Assembly: GCF_018977255.1 (NCBI RefSeq)
Contig: NW_024704742.1
Location: 79,300,001 to 79,364,000 of the forward strand
Direction of reading: 5' to 3'
Source of the DNA: Callorhinchus milii
Lineage: Eukaryota
DNA: 64,000 bases
The translations under genes and the position numbers were made by a program. The notes under the pieces were generated by a model that had not been told where the DNA came from, did no database searches, and saw only the letters and a program-made list of their open reading frames with translations. Numbering within the stretch: the first letter of the stretch is position 1; every line of letters starts with the position of its first letter. Shown in pieces: positions 25,129-38,595 of the stretch.

Positions 25129-25771
25129 GGAATTTGGATACCACAACCCCGGCAAAACTTCTATTTAAATTTGGTAGGTCTTTTAATCCAACAGCTTTCA
25201 GCGACATTCCCCTTGGCCTAGACAGCCAACGTCTAGTAATTGTTAATTCTGTGCATCAAACAATAATCTTTGTTCTTTTCTACTCTGCCAAATGCATTAC
25301 CAATTGCTAGCAATGTCTGTTTGTTTAACATTTCTCCTAGTCTACTCACAGCTCTCCCCAAGGACAAAACAGTTGTGATTGTGTGCGATTGGCTCTTTGA
25401 GCAAAATGATTTCCGTCATAGAAGATCTGTTCACAGAAGTTACTTTTTGACAAAGGCAAATAAATTTATGGGGTAAAAGCAGATGTAGCTGAGAAGAAGG
25501 AATGTTTGAGTTGAAGGAACATATTTCTCAATGTACTTACTTTTTAAGCCTCCAAGAAACCCTGTAGAATGCTTAAATCAACAATTGACAGCTGTAAATC
25601 AAACACAGTCTTAAAGCAGTCAAAAATGACTGAGAATTCAAAGCAAACCAATGCTGGTCCAGTTTACCAATCGTATGAATTTACATGGATAATGTGACAT
25701 TTTTAATGTTGGATTAAAAGACCTACCAAATTTAAATAGAAGTTTTGCCTGGGTTGTGGTATCCAAATTCC
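25129..25771. repeat. 65-bp inverted repeat (25129-25193 / 25707-25771), 1 mismatch, 513-bp spacer
   Basis: ggaatttggataccacaaccccggcaaaacttctatttaaatttggtaggtcttttaatccaaca versus tgttggattaaaagacctaccaaatttaaatagaagttttgcctgggttgtggtatccaaattcc. Confidence 0.95.
25350..25488 (-). other. Candidate exon of the minus-strand model, inside the inverted repeat
   Basis: Acceptor attccttcttctcag and donor T|gtgagt. Single open frame LHLLLPHKFICLCQKVTSVNRSSMTEIILLKEPIAHNHNCFVLGES, phase 0>1. Confidence 0.35.
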
Positions 25772-25999
25772 GTCTTTAACTCTACAAATATTTGGCCAGA
25801 ATCGTTTTCCTTGGGGTCTAATTTGTGATTTGTGTTAACCATATGTAAACCTCAATCACGTGGAATCCTTTACATTGCTTGTAAATCATATAGTGAGCGG
25901 AACCTATAATTCTCTTTCCACGTATTTCCATGTGATTTACATAACTTGCACTTAGACATCCGATCATTTCTTCTTTCTTTGTAGCTCCGTTGTCACCCC

Positions 26000-26560
26000 A
26001 CCTCAACCCAAAAGGCACCAAATCTCTTATTACGCTTTTATCACCACATGTCTTGATTTCTCAAACATAGACCTTGCTGCTCTTCCCATTTGCATCATCC
26101 ACAATTTCCAGCCAAAGCAAAGCTATGCATCTGTATTTGCAACAAACTCCTCACACCCATACCCCTATTTTCGCAAGGCTCTATGTCTCCCTGTGAGGTC
26201 TCACCAGCACATATAATCCCTCCATGCTCTATCACCTCCCTAGCTCTCTGTTCTGGTCATGTGCCACTCCTCTCTCATTCCCTTTGCTCACTCAACACAG
26301 ACTTTCTTCATGCCACTCCATGGCCGAGCCTTCATTTCCTACACCCCTAATGTCTGGAACTGCTTGCTTCTATCCCTCCTCCTCGCCCCTTCTCTATGTG
26401 TCTTTAAATCCCACCTTTAAACCTACTTATTTTACCATGTGTTTAGTCCTTTCCCCCTCCCATTTCTCTCTTACTCATATTCCAATGCTGCCACTTTGAA
26501 GGTCTCCTAAATGTTATCTTACGTAGGGAAAGCTATATAAATGCTAATTATTGTTGTTTG
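26000..26560 (+). mobile_element. Old L2 LINE 3' fragment
   Basis: Pyrimidine-rich degenerate L2 C-terminus ending gctatataaatgctaattattgttgtt. Confidence 0.65.
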
Positions 26561-26833
26561 CAATATGCTGGTAATTTTTCTTAATTTGTATTAGTCATGA
26601 GGTTGAGCTGTAAATTTTATTTTGTGGACTTAGCAGTAAGTCAGCCTGTCAATGAGTCATAATTGCTGGAACAAGCTGTCTATATCAGAATCATTCCCAA
26701 TCACTTCTGAGAGAAAAAGGAGTTTGCAAATTATGTAGCATGGCTACCGCTACCCTATTGTGACTACAATGTAAAGGCCCAAGCAGCACAGGAAAATATA
26801 ATAAAAAGTAAAAATATACACAATGGCACTCAC

Positions 26834-26943
26834 CATTGCATGCATGATCTGTATAAATACAGACTGAATCAAAAGATGAGATTTCAGGATTGCGATATTT
26901 TTGTCTACCGCAAGAACAGAGGAATAGACATGGATTTGATGCA
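26834..26943 (-). other. Candidate exon of the minus-strand model
   Basis: Acceptor gtttttcttaactataattcag and donor ATG|gtgagt. Open HQIHVYSSVLAVDKNIAILKSHLLIQSVFIQIMHAM (phase 1>0) fits the 25488 exon. Confidence 0.35.
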
Positions 26944-27769
26944 CTGAATTATAGTTAAGAAAAACACATGAAACATTTTGCAAAATCTTGCTTTTCACTG
27001 AGTCGAAGAATTTTATTTAAAATATAAAAATACCTTGTAAATGTAGCACAGACTCAAAGAATCAGAAGCATGAAGGATTTCTGGCTGTATTCCCCAATTT
27101 ATTACTGCTATTTTGAAACTGGGGCATTCAAATAGCAGCTGATAGATTGCAAGGGAAATGCTTATAATAGTGATGGGTGTAGATTGCAAGGGAAATGCTT
27201 CTAATAGTGACCTCCGAAGCATCCATTTCATGTGTACTTCATGTCACTCAGTGACAGCCTGCATCAATTGACTGCACAAGCTGACTGCAGATGTTCAGTT
27301 CTTTGCAATGCAAACTGTGCTAAAAAGCTACTTAAATGCTGAGATCCACAATCCTGTGAGCAAAACAAAGAAACATCTCAGCAATCTTTGAAAACTATTT
27401 TTCTTTTTTTAAAAATCAGCAAAAATAGCTCTGTCTTTCTGTTCCACACAGAAACTGCACCACCAGCTTGGTGCATCCTTCTGAATAATAATAAATAAGA
27501 AGAAAAAGACAAATTTCTAAGACATTTTAGATAAATGCTTGATGTTGAAGGGTTGCAGGATTTGAGCTGCTTGTGGGGAAGTGAGCTCCAGTACATAAAT
27601 GCTAGGTTAAATAGAACTTCTGTGTTGTGAACACTGTATAATTCAATGTTTCCATTTATTTATATCCTCTCCTCCTCATGTCTGACCAAATGTGAGGAAA
27701 CATTAAGATTTGCTTCGCCGAAAGGAAAACAAAACTTTCAGACTTTCTGAAAATAATAATCATTGACAT

Positions 27770-28245
27770 TTCCAGATCAGAAGAGGCTACTTGGTCCTTC
27801 AAAAATGTACAGACGCCTGGAAATGTTCATTCAATCCCGCACCCCTTCGAGCCTTTATATTTCATATATTCTTCTCCTTCCCTCTTGGAACAGACATGGA
27901 CTCTACCTTTAATTGGCCAAATTCTCCACGTCCGAACAACTCTGAAAACAAATTCTCCTAAGCTCTCCTTTTGTTCTTCTTGTGACTATCTTATGACATG
28001 TCATCTCGTCACTGACTTCCCTCCCAGTAGAAATAACTTCTCCCTATTTACCCTGTCAAAGCCCCTCATAATTCTCTATCAGGTGCCCTTCTCAACCTTC
28101 TCTGTTTCAATGAAAACAGACCCAACTTCTCCAGTCTTTCCTCATAACCATAACCTCTCAACCACCACCCCGGTATTTTTCTGGCAAACTGCCCTACAAT
28201 TTAACTAAGGCCTTAACATCCTTCCTGAAGTCAGATGCCCAAAAT
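27770..28245 (-). mobile_element. Degenerate CR1 LINE 3' fragment
   Basis: Inverted coding end (ccctgtcaaagcccctcataattctcta...ttcaatgaaaacagacccaacttctccagtctttcctcataacc), which reads YEERLEKLGLFSL. Confidence 0.7.
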
Positions 28246-28739
28246 AAAAATGATGACCTTTTCATTTAATATCAAAATGTCTCAAAACATTACATTGTTA
28301 AGTGTATTTGTAGATGTAAATGGCAGCCAATTTATACGTATCAATGCCTTACTCTGATGAATGACTAATTTGTTAGTTTTATTAACTTATTAATTTTGTG
28401 ACAATTCAAAACTGAAAAATAGGGAATCTTCGGGTAGGGAAAAATAAGGAATCAAGAACAGTGTATTATTTTCCTTGTTTCTGTGTGTTTTGCACATGCA
28501 TGATTCCATACAGCTTTTCTCACAAAGGGGTTAATTTAGAATTATATTCGATATTTATAAAGCTGCCCATAACCATGTTTCCAGGGAATTCTACTGTTGG
28601 TTCCTTTCTACAGAATGTCTATACCATGTGGTTGGTGATTGCAGCAGTCAATTTGTCAATGTTAGTGCTTCACATATATTCATGAAGTACTGCAGAAAGC
28701 CGGTTTCCAAATCAACAACAACTTGTATTTATACAGCAT

Positions 28740-28935
28740 AGCTTTGGTTAGAGCTAGTTTTGATTCTCGACAGTGCAAAATGTTAGGTAAGTTTCCTTAC
28801 TCCATATGCCTCTAATTACCTGGCAGTAAGTAGGAACCCGGTTGTTAGTCAATTGCTTTTCCGGGGGTAATAACCTTTTCCAAAAAATAAATAAATTAAA
28901 AAAAAATTTGGTCAAACAATCCAGAACTATTTGTG
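28740..28935 (+). mobile_element. Long-variant tRNA SINE, 5' portion
   Basis: aagtttccttactcca..tgcctct...cctggcagtaagtaggaacccggttgttag...ttttccgggggtaataa; stops where the chimeric repeat begins. Confidence 0.75.
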
Positions 28936-29305
28936 ATATAGAAGGATATAAATCCATCGCTAGGATTGAAATAACCTATTACAAATCAGGAAATGCAAAT
29001 TTTTTGAATGGTAAGTAATCGGTTCAACTGAACAATAAAATCAGTGTAAGGTTCTGCCACTTTCCCCCACTTTGTAATTAGACAAGCAAAAAGACAACAA
29101 AGTTTCCATTGAGTGCAACTTAGGTCAAAAATAATAATAATAGTTTGTCACTCAATCCATGATTGTGGGAAACTACTTGTGCGCAATTGACTCCTGCATT
29201 TCGCCCACAAAATATAGTCAATTCACTTTAAGTATATTCTGTCAAGCGTTTTGAGACATCTTGTAGATATGATAAGGAGAAATATGAAATGTAAGGATTA
29301 TTATT
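28936..29305 (+). mobile_element. Chimeric repeat: unknown 5' segment plus SINE 3' half (copy 2)
   Basis: Colinear with 5338-5642, with a ~35-bp additional internal stretch. Confidence 0.65.
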
Positions 29306-32300
29306 TTATAGCGCCTTGGATGGCATCTCAGGACACTTTAAGACTGAATTGAAGAAATTTCCCCAATTCTGAGCAATCTTACATTTCAAGACAGAATGGT
29401 TTAATAGGCTCTGAATAGGTGGAATTTAGGCCCATAGAGATGCATAAAACCAGGAAGGCTAGTCACAATGTTAACAAAATAACCCAACACGACTGAACCT
29501 GTCATGCCCCTCAATCAATTTCAATCGGAAATGTGAAAAAGAGATTTGGAGAAAATACCACCAGGAAACAAAGAAAAACAATTTTGTCATTCAATATTTA
29601 ATTGATCTTTTTGAAAGTGATTTATTATTAGGTTTAATTAGTATTCAATAGCATATTTTGAGTGCAATTTTAATACTAAATTGAATTTTAATTAAGCTTA
29701 GATTGCTTTTATTTAGGGTAAGCGTTAATCTGATATCTTTTTATCATTTTTAAATTACATTTATTTTAATTTGATATTAATATGTGATCAGTGGAAGCAG
29801 AGTATTTAATAGTGATGGAATGCAGCTAATTAATGCTACTCAGTTTTATCACTGAGAGAGAAGAAGTCTCACTCTAACAGGTGAGTAATGGGAACTGGAA
29901 GCCTGCCTTACATAGTTACACATCACATGCAACACACCATGTGCAAAACCACAATTTGCAGAACATCTAACTTATTTTTGATGACATTGAATTAGTTAGT
30001 CATTCGAAGAGTACAATTTTAAAACTAAATCCTTCAACATACGGATTTTCAAAGAGTTACTGAGGGAAAGAGCATATTGCAATTTGTACCCAACATGTTC
30101 GTTATTCTCTTGTTTTCTTCCATTATCTTCTTTCCTTAAAATATTGGACTCTTTTGCTGGTAGTTCCTAGACCTGAGCAGACATTATCCACGTTTGAGCT
30201 TTGTAAGTCAATGTTAATGGGTGACAAATGAACAGCATCACAGATGAGACTAATCCTGTTCCTTACCTAAGTCACATCTCCCAGGAGGAGACAGCACCCA
30301 GAGAAGGAATCCTGGCTAATTTCCCTTTCAACAAGGCTACTGATGCCTTGGCTGCAATCTGCTATCTTGCACAGAAGCCCTTAAACATAGAAGAACGTTT
30401 AAGAAACTAGATAGATAGAGTTCATCAAGGAAACTGGAAAAACTGCAGTCAGTCCAACCTGAGTGACATTTACAGACTCCAAACTCTACCAAATTTCAGA
30501 TTTTAAGATTCTTTTGTCCTAAAATGTTGTATTGCACCGAACTGGGCAATATTAATAAATTCAGCAATAAATTCAGCCTTAATTTGAAAGATGATTTTTT
30601 TTAAGAACTGGGAAAACTTTTGGATTGAGTGTAAATTGAAGAATTTTCCAAAATGTTTTGTTATTTTAAAAGTCTTAAATCTTAAGACTAGGTGGATTTG
30701 TAGGCCGTACATAAAGGTGAAATGGACTTGACCAAAATCTGAACCAGTGCTGTGTTGTTTTCCATAGAAGGTTTTCACAAAATGTTGACGAGGGTTGTGA
30801 GAGTAAAAGCTAAAGGCACTGTTCAAAAGGATCCTGTCCAACAATGCTTCCATCAAATTTGTCATTCACTTCCTGTCTATGAGACATTGCTGTGTGCAAT
30901 TTACTGCATTATTCAACAAATACACAGTCACTGTACTCAACAATAATCACTGTGAAGTGCTTTAAGATAATCTAATAATAGCACATGTACTCGATGGATT
31001 GAACAAACATACCAAACGGGAAGGGGAAGAGGATGAGAAATAATAATAATAATCCTTTCATTTGATATAGTACTGTATCATGTCTTCGAGACATTTCAAA
31101 GCGCTTCACAGAATATACGGTAAAATGAATTGACTGAATATCTTGTGGGCGAAAAATGATATATCAAATGCAAGTATTATTATTCACATTTTTTTCTATA
31201 AGTACCACCCGTCAAAGGGTTTCTAACACTGACAGACTTTCAGGGAGGGATTTGCCAAAATTTCCAATAGAAGTGTAAAAAGTATTGCCTCAATCCTTTT
31301 TCACAGGTTTCAGCCCATTTCTCAAATGACTTTTCTATCTCCAAAATAAATGTTGTTTTCAGAATAAATTATTTGCTGCAAACCAAGCACTTGCTGGTAA
31401 TGGGTTAGAACTACTTTGATCTGTTTTTAAACGCCTTTTGAAAAGGATGTAAATTGGCTGCCAATTTAAAGGATTATTTCTACATTGAAAGAAACGAAGA
31501 AGGATTTACAATATTCTACATATGCACATAGACACTCATACTACATCATAAAATCAAACTATATTTGGCATGTGTATCCCAAAAAAATGCAGATTACAAA
31601 GAAACACATGATACCCATGGACACAGACACAATATTTGATGTGGGATTATGCATTGAAGAGTCATTTTGGACCACAGTAATAAGAATGGAGCAAATTGGA
31701 ATACTAAACTGGATTTCTAGAGGATTGATTGTATCAACTTAGTAAGAGCCATTCAACCTCAATTTTCATTTAACATTTATATTTGTGGTGTATTTTCTGT
31801 ACTTGTGCAGGATCCTAGTGATGGGAAATGGATTTTTGCTCTGGAATTACAACAATAGCAACTTGCATTTAGGTAGTGCCCTTCACGTGGATATCTACAT
31901 AAATAAATTAGACTGTATCAGAGCAGAGTTTCTGCAGATCTAACAGACTGACTTCCAATTCCTATAAAGATATTATTAGGAAATGCAGCCCATTAGAAAT
32001 TGTTACATATTGGACCACAATATAATATTTAGTTGCTATAGGAAGGAATCATCAGAAACTTTCCTGATTTTGTTCTAGGTTAGTTGCTGACTTTGTGATT
32101 GATATTGTTTAGTGCAGCTCCCTAATGTATTCAGCATGTCAATGGCTGTTGTATCTTGAAATTAAAATCTCAAGTTTCTTGTGAAAATTTATATGTAGTA
32201 GATTCTAACTTGCTAAAAGTAGGTAGGAAGGGAGACTGGGAAGGAAAAATCTGAACCATCCCTGATACAAACTAACCTTACCAATTGGTTCTAAACATGT

Positions 32301-32389
32301 AAGGATGAGATTGTGCCTAAACTTCTGAAGACTAGTGTCTAACAGGCAAATCATTTACTTAGCATTTTAACAAAGTTAAAGGGTAAATT

Positions 32390-32975
32390 GGTAGCACTTC
32401 TAGCTCTGGTCAGATTCACGCAGATCCCAAATTAGATCTTTGAATCATAGCCTAGGCTGACATTCCAACAACAATAACAACATGTTGGTAGGTAAATAAG
32501 TAGAGAGGTGCCAGAGCACAAAGTGATTTGTAGATCTGTGTGAGGATCTTGAAATCGATCTGTTCTGCAACAGGGAGCCAATGGTGTCTGGCAAGGACTG
32601 GAGTGATGGGGTTTGGAGTTTGTTACCAGTGAGGATATGGATGCTGGATGTTTGAATACCTTGCTGAGGAGCATTGGGTTTTCAGAGATGTCGTCCTTCA
32701 GATGAGACTTTAAACCAAGGTTCTGTCTGCCTAATCACATGGAAATTAAAGATCTCATTATTCAAAAAAAGAAGGGAGTTTCTTTCCTTGTTCTGACCAA
32801 CAGATAAAATTGTTCATGAACTTTATGGCTGTGTAATGTTGTGTGCAACTTGGCTGCTGTTTTCTGATTTATTAAAATATATCTGTACTTTGCAGGAGTA
32901 TAGATTTTACAGAAACTTTGTGAAACACTTTGAGATGTTATAAGCAAAATAATAAATACAAGGATTATTAAGTTA
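32390..32975 (+). mobile_element. Degenerate Deu-domain SINE interrupted by an inverted L2 fragment (~32470-32670)
   Basis: ttggtagcactt...cctaggctgacattccaa, resuming at gtccttcagatgagactttaaaccaagg and running to the tail. Confidence 0.6.
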
Positions 32976-33904
32976 CTTTGATTGCCACAGATACTGATTT
33001 CCAAAATAGCTAAGCTTTTGAAACACACTGCAACAGATAGAAACCATAGAACAAAAGTACCTAAGTTCTGCCATGTGACCTTCATAATAGTAAAAATGAA
33101 TGAAAAATATAGTCTCCAACAATAAGCTTTGATTGTCAGATTTGTTAGTAAAAACCTTCATCAGAAAAAAACATTGTAACATGTAAAACATCACCAGTAA
33201 GAAATCAATGCACATAATGTTCATTTTAATATGCACTCCACCTCAGAACAGCAGAAATTCCAAATCTATAAATGTAGGAATAAAAGTAAGAATAATTTGA
33301 TACAGCATAACATCAGAATGTCTCAGACTATTCCACAGCTACAATGGAGTCTCATTATTGATGTCAGAAAGAGAGGGGTAGAGGGACAGCATAGTTGTTG
33401 ATGGCTCAGTCACCGATGGTGTGTTGGGGGCTGGGGGGCATGGGCGGTTGTCTACATAGAAGGACCAATTTTCCTGTGCAGAAGAGTGGGGTAGGAGAAG
33501 AACACAGAAATAGGGAACTGCTAGGGTGTGAAGGGATTTAAATGTACATTGTACATAGTACAAGTAATTATCCAGTTTGAGCAAAACTATGCATATCTAC
33601 CTATGCGTGACATAAAAGAAAACCCATTACAACAGCACTGGCAAGTACAGAACACAGTAACGATACTTATGGAGGTTCCAATTAATAGTTCATCATTGAA
33701 GGCAACTCTACAAAAGGCTCATTGAAAGAAAAGAGAGTAATAACTGGTGAGTATTAAATACAGCTTAGCTCAAGATTGACTTCTGCTATCTCAATGATCA
33801 ATATGAGATGTCTTCCCTATGTGAAAGGCGCTATACCAAATGAAAGGATTAATATTATTATGAAATGTTAATTGTCACCTCTGTAAGCATAAAGGATATA
33901 ATAA

Positions 33905-34235
33905 TACTACTACTACTAATAATAATGATAATCCTTGCATTTGATATAGCACTTTTCATGTCTTTTAGACATCTCAAAGCGCTTCACACAATATACCGTA
34001 AAGTGAATTGACTGTATATTTGTGGGCGAAACGCAGCAGTTAATTGCGCACAGCAATGTCCCACAAACAGTCGTGCATTGAAGTGACCAATTTATTATTG
34101 TTTTTTTTCTTGAGGGATTATTATTAGGTGTGTAGAGTAAGGAAACTTGCCCAAGGTTTTGCCCCGCCAGGAATCGAACCCAAGTCTCTCGCTTGCAAGG
34201 CGAGCGCTCTAACCATTGAGCTACAGGACTCCACA
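33905..34235 (-). mobile_element. Full-length tRNA(Ala)-derived SINE
   Basis: Reverse complement of the 3107-3430 family; canonical B box ggttcgattcc. Confidence 0.93.
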
Positions 34236-35512
34236 AAATACTGTGGAAACTATATGCAATAAATAAATATTTATTATATATGCAAAATAAATAAAATATA
34301 TGCAAAATAAATATTTGCAAATAAATATATGCAAAATAATGAGTTATAATGTTAAAATGGGTTTGCTTTATTTTAGACGTGGGTAAATACAGACAGGTGT
34401 GCTTACACTGGATAATTACTCATACGCACGCACATACAACTCATTCTTTGATCGATAAATGTCAACTCCATCTTTTTATGTTTTCCGATTCTCTGAAAGG
34501 TTACTCACCAGTGGAGTCAATCTTTGTTTGTGTGCAACTGAGCAATACCATGATGTATCAAAGTACATACGCTTTAGTGGTCACGGTGATGTCAGTTTTC
34601 TACTTATACATAGCTGTTGTCTTCTTATTCATGCAGTTTATGGCAACCTTACACACCAGTGCTGTCTGGTGTTGTGTTAAGAACTTTTCGAAATTTCAAA
34701 TGAAAGATGTCTAAAGCTGAGTCATGAATGAGCTTTGACAAAACCCTTGGAGAAGGAAACATTTCAAATAATGGTTTCTGTGTCTGAGTTTTATTTGTAC
34801 TGTTTCAGGGAAGAGCTTTTATATTTCTTTATCTTAGATTAAGCCATTATATCAAATACAAGGATTATTATTGTTTCATTGGAAGCATTTTTGCTGGGAT
34901 TAATTTAGAATCCACAAGTTCTGTCTCTCTGTCTCAACAACAATGACAATTCGTAGTTATGCAGCACTTTCCTTAGCAAGGTGTCTCAAAGTGCCTCACA
35001 GCTATTTACCTGGGATGGTTTGGACAGTGGATAGGAAGCAGGCTGAGCAGAGGGAACCAACCGGACAAGTAAAGTCATAGGATATAACGAAGGTAAGAGG
35101 GATTTGAAAGTGAGCACAAGAATGTTGAATTAAATTCCATGGGGAATAGGGAACCAGTGGAACCGAGTGAGGGTGATGGGCTCACAGAGCATAATGTGGG
35201 AGAGAGCAGTGGCTGCGGAGTATTGGATGGTCTGCATTCATATGTAGGGAGGAGCTGGGGAGTCTGGTGAGCAGGATATTGGAATAATCAAGCCTAGATG
35301 TGATGAAGGTGTGGATGAGGGACAAAATAGCCCAGCATCCCATTTGTCTTGTTTATTGCTGTCTCACATCATTTGGATGTAGCAAGCGAAGAGACAACTA
35401 ACATCTAGACAGTGAGTTTCTGCCTTACTCTGTCCCCACTAGGGGGGATACAGTGTGCCGCAACACTACGCTGCCCCCAACATCCTCCCATCCCCACCAC
35501 CACATCTAGGGT

Positions 35513-35664
35513 CTGTTTGTGGGACATTGCTGTGCGCAATTGGCTGCCGCGTTCGCCCACAAATATACAGTCAATTCACTTTAAAGTGTGTTCTGTGAAG
35601 CGCTTTGGGACGTCCTCCCGACGTGAAAAGCGCTATATCAAATGCAAGGATTATTATTATTATT
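35513..35664 (+). mobile_element. Young SINE, 3' 150 bp
   Basis: Near-identical to the 3' end of 3107-3430. Confidence 0.9.
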
Positions 35665-35713
35665 AATTTAGTGTGTATCCTGTGAAGTGCTTTGAGACAT
35701 CTTGACGATTTGA

Positions 35714-36106
35714 TGTGGAGTCCTACAGTTTACTGGTTAGAGCACTCGCCTGGCAAGTGAAAGGACCTGGGTTCGATTCCCGGCAGGACGAAACGTTGGG
35801 CAAGCTTCCTTACTCCACATATACGCCTCTGTTTACCTAGCAGTGAGGAGGAACCCGGTTGTTACTTGATTGGCAGATTGCTATTCTGGGAGTAATAATC
35901 CCTCCAAAAATGTTTTTAAAAAATTAATAATAATAAATTGGTCACTCAATCCACACTGTTTGTGGGACACTGCTGTGCACAATTGGCTGCCACATTTCAC
36001 CCCCAAAACAGTCAATTAATTTTACAGTATATTCTGTGAAGAGCATTGAGATGTCTCGAAGGCATGATAAGGCACTATGTCAAATGCAAGGATTATTATT
36101 ATTATT
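35714..36106 (+). mobile_element. Full-length long-variant tRNA SINE
   Basis: tgtggagtcct head, internal gcctctgtttacctagcagtgaggaggaacccggttg segment, shared tail. Confidence 0.9.
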
Positions 36107-37719
36107 TTCAGTTCTCTTCCCCTTCCCGTTTGGTATGTTTGTTCCAATCCACTGAGTACATGTGCCATCTCATCGTCAAGAAATTACTGTGTAGTGACTG
36201 TGTTTTACTGACAAATGCAGTATCCAATTTGCATTCAAATAAAACAATTTTATTTGGAAGATTGTTAACAGGATGCCAGGAGAAACTCCCTTCTCTTTTT
36301 AAATAGTGCTATGGGATCTTTCACGTCCACCTGCAGAGGCAGACAGGGTTTTCAGTTTAACATCTCTTCCAAAAAAATTAGTCATTCACTTATGAATATT
36401 TATGAGACATTGCTGTGCAAATTGACTGTTGCCTTTGCCTAAAAAGTACACAGTCATTACACTTTACAAAAAAGTCACATGAAGCATTTTGAGTTGTCTT
36501 CTCAACATATATATCAAATGCAAGGATTTTTATTTTTTACTATTATCCCTATCACTGTACAATATCTCCTCAATCACGTTATGTCCTCCAAGCAGCAAGA
36601 CTATCATTATTCTGAGGTGTGATAAATGAGGGTAGCACAGCAATTTGCAAACAGCACACCCTCAAACACACCCTTCATCATTCTATAAGGCCAAGCTATG
36701 CAAAAAGGTAGGGTGTTTTTCAAGATGCCAACATAAAAATGAATAAAAATTGCCAAGTTGTAATTTCAGTTTCAGATCCTTCCAGTAACTTTAACTCCTA
36801 TGACAGCGGTGATCCATCCTCCTGTGCCATATCTCTGTTGTAATGAAATTGCAGATGACCCTCTGCCTAAATCATTTGTTACTGCATTGAGAGCCAGCCT
36901 CACTGACAGGTGAGAGAGATCACACTAAATCTAATATGAACTGTTGGAATTCAAATTTATTTTCATCAACAGAATTTAGTGCCATTTGTAACATAAAGTA
37001 AAAGCTTTCAGCAAATGCGTAAACAAAATCATTTGTAAAATTAATTTCATGGGTATTTCTGTTTCTGTTTCACATTTTACATGTAGATTAATGGGACATT
37101 GGAGAGTTACTACCATTTGGTGCAGTGAAAATCAAGATAAACCTGTTACCTTTTGAATGAAAGAAATACAAATTTAGGATGAACATGGCAGGAATATCCT
37201 GAACATTTTCATTCAAGCCATTCAGTTATTACAACATAATCCAAATTTACATTTATGTAGTGCCTTTCACATCAGGATGGCATCCTAAGATACTTGAGAG
37301 TGCTGGCTTGACATCTGAGCTGAGGGTGGGAACCAAGTGATGTGGGGAGGAGGAAAGCTGACCAAAGGTGTAGTCAAAAATGAAGGTCTTGAGTTGGACC
37401 TTGAAAGAGGAGAGGTGTTGGGAGAAATTCCACTGGGTCTATGTATTACGACCTGCAGTACCTCTCCCTTACATGGTTGTAAGGTTGCATTAACCGGATT
37501 GTGTTAACCGGATTGCGTTAGTGTCATGAACTGGGCTGTAACAGGGACACCTGACATACCAGGCTGGGATTGGCTGCATCGCTGCTCACTTGCTTATCTA
37601 TTCTAGATCTCTTCCCCAAGTATATTCGAACCTAAATAGATCTATATAAGAAACAAACTCACATTAACTCATTCAACATTTCTCCCACAGAATGTTGAGC
37701 CCCTAAAGAACAAACAAGA

Positions 37720-38130
37720 TAGTGATAACACTCTCGTGTTTCAGTCAGAAGGTTGAGTTCAGGCCCCACATTGTGTCTTGGAATCACAGTCTAAGGTGAC
37801 AATCCAATGCAGTATTAAGAGTGTGTTTCATTGTCAGAAGTGCCATCTTTTAAATGAGACATTAAATCGAGGTCTCATCTGCCTGTTCAGGCAGACGTTA
37901 AAGATCCCAAGGCACTATTCAAAAAGAGAAGGAGTTTCTCCCATTGTCCTGGCCAACAATCCTCTAAATAAAACTGGTTTGTGGGACAGTTTTGGGCAAT
38001 TGGCTGCCACATTTTGCCCACAAAATACACAGTCAATCTATTTTAAAATGTATCCTGTGAAGCACTTTGAGAAGTCTCAACGACATGATAAGGCATAATA
38101 TCAATTGCAGGATTATTACAGGATTATTAT
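37720..38130 (+). mobile_element. Deu-domain SINE
   Basis: agtcagaaggttgagttcagg...atgagacattaaatcgaggtctcatctgcctgttcagg...aagatcccaaggcactattc, followed by the tail. Confidence 0.82.
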
Positions 38131-38595
38131 GAGACAAGTTCTAGGAAGGATTCTCCAGCAAGCAAGAGCTGAAAAGTGACACAGAAGAAAAATGTTTAAT
38201 TCCTTCCTCTTTGCACAACTAAAGTAATCCCAGCAAGACAAATCTTGATGCATACTTGAGGGAGAGGGAATAAAGGGGTATGGGAGAGGTTAGGAAAGGA
38301 TTAGGTGGAGACTCACGTGGAATATAAACACCGTCAAGGAGTAGTTAGGTTGAAAGGCCTGTTCTGTCCTATAACATTCTACATAATTCTACATGCAGTA
38401 CAACTGTAATACTAAAGTGGATGAGTAGTGTTATACCTTGTGCCCTGATGTTGGATGCCACTAGTACAAAACTAAGTATGTGCAGCAAGTCAGCAACTGC
38501 GACTTGATGCACTGCTATTCGAAAGCCTTAAAACATCTTCATCTGTCTTCAATTTATTTTCTACGATAATAAAATAGTCAACTCCACAGCTTAAT

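Noticed and set aside
34255..34340. Irregular tandem atatgcaaaataaata units
   Set aside because: Low-complexity slippage next to a SINE 5' end. There are no unique spacers, so it is not CRISPR-like.
35412..35666. Recurrent short ORFs ending ...[12 protein letters not shown] (also 33916-34320, 51072-51329)
   Set aside because: Chance readings of the SINE 3' end and (ATT)n tail, not a protein family.
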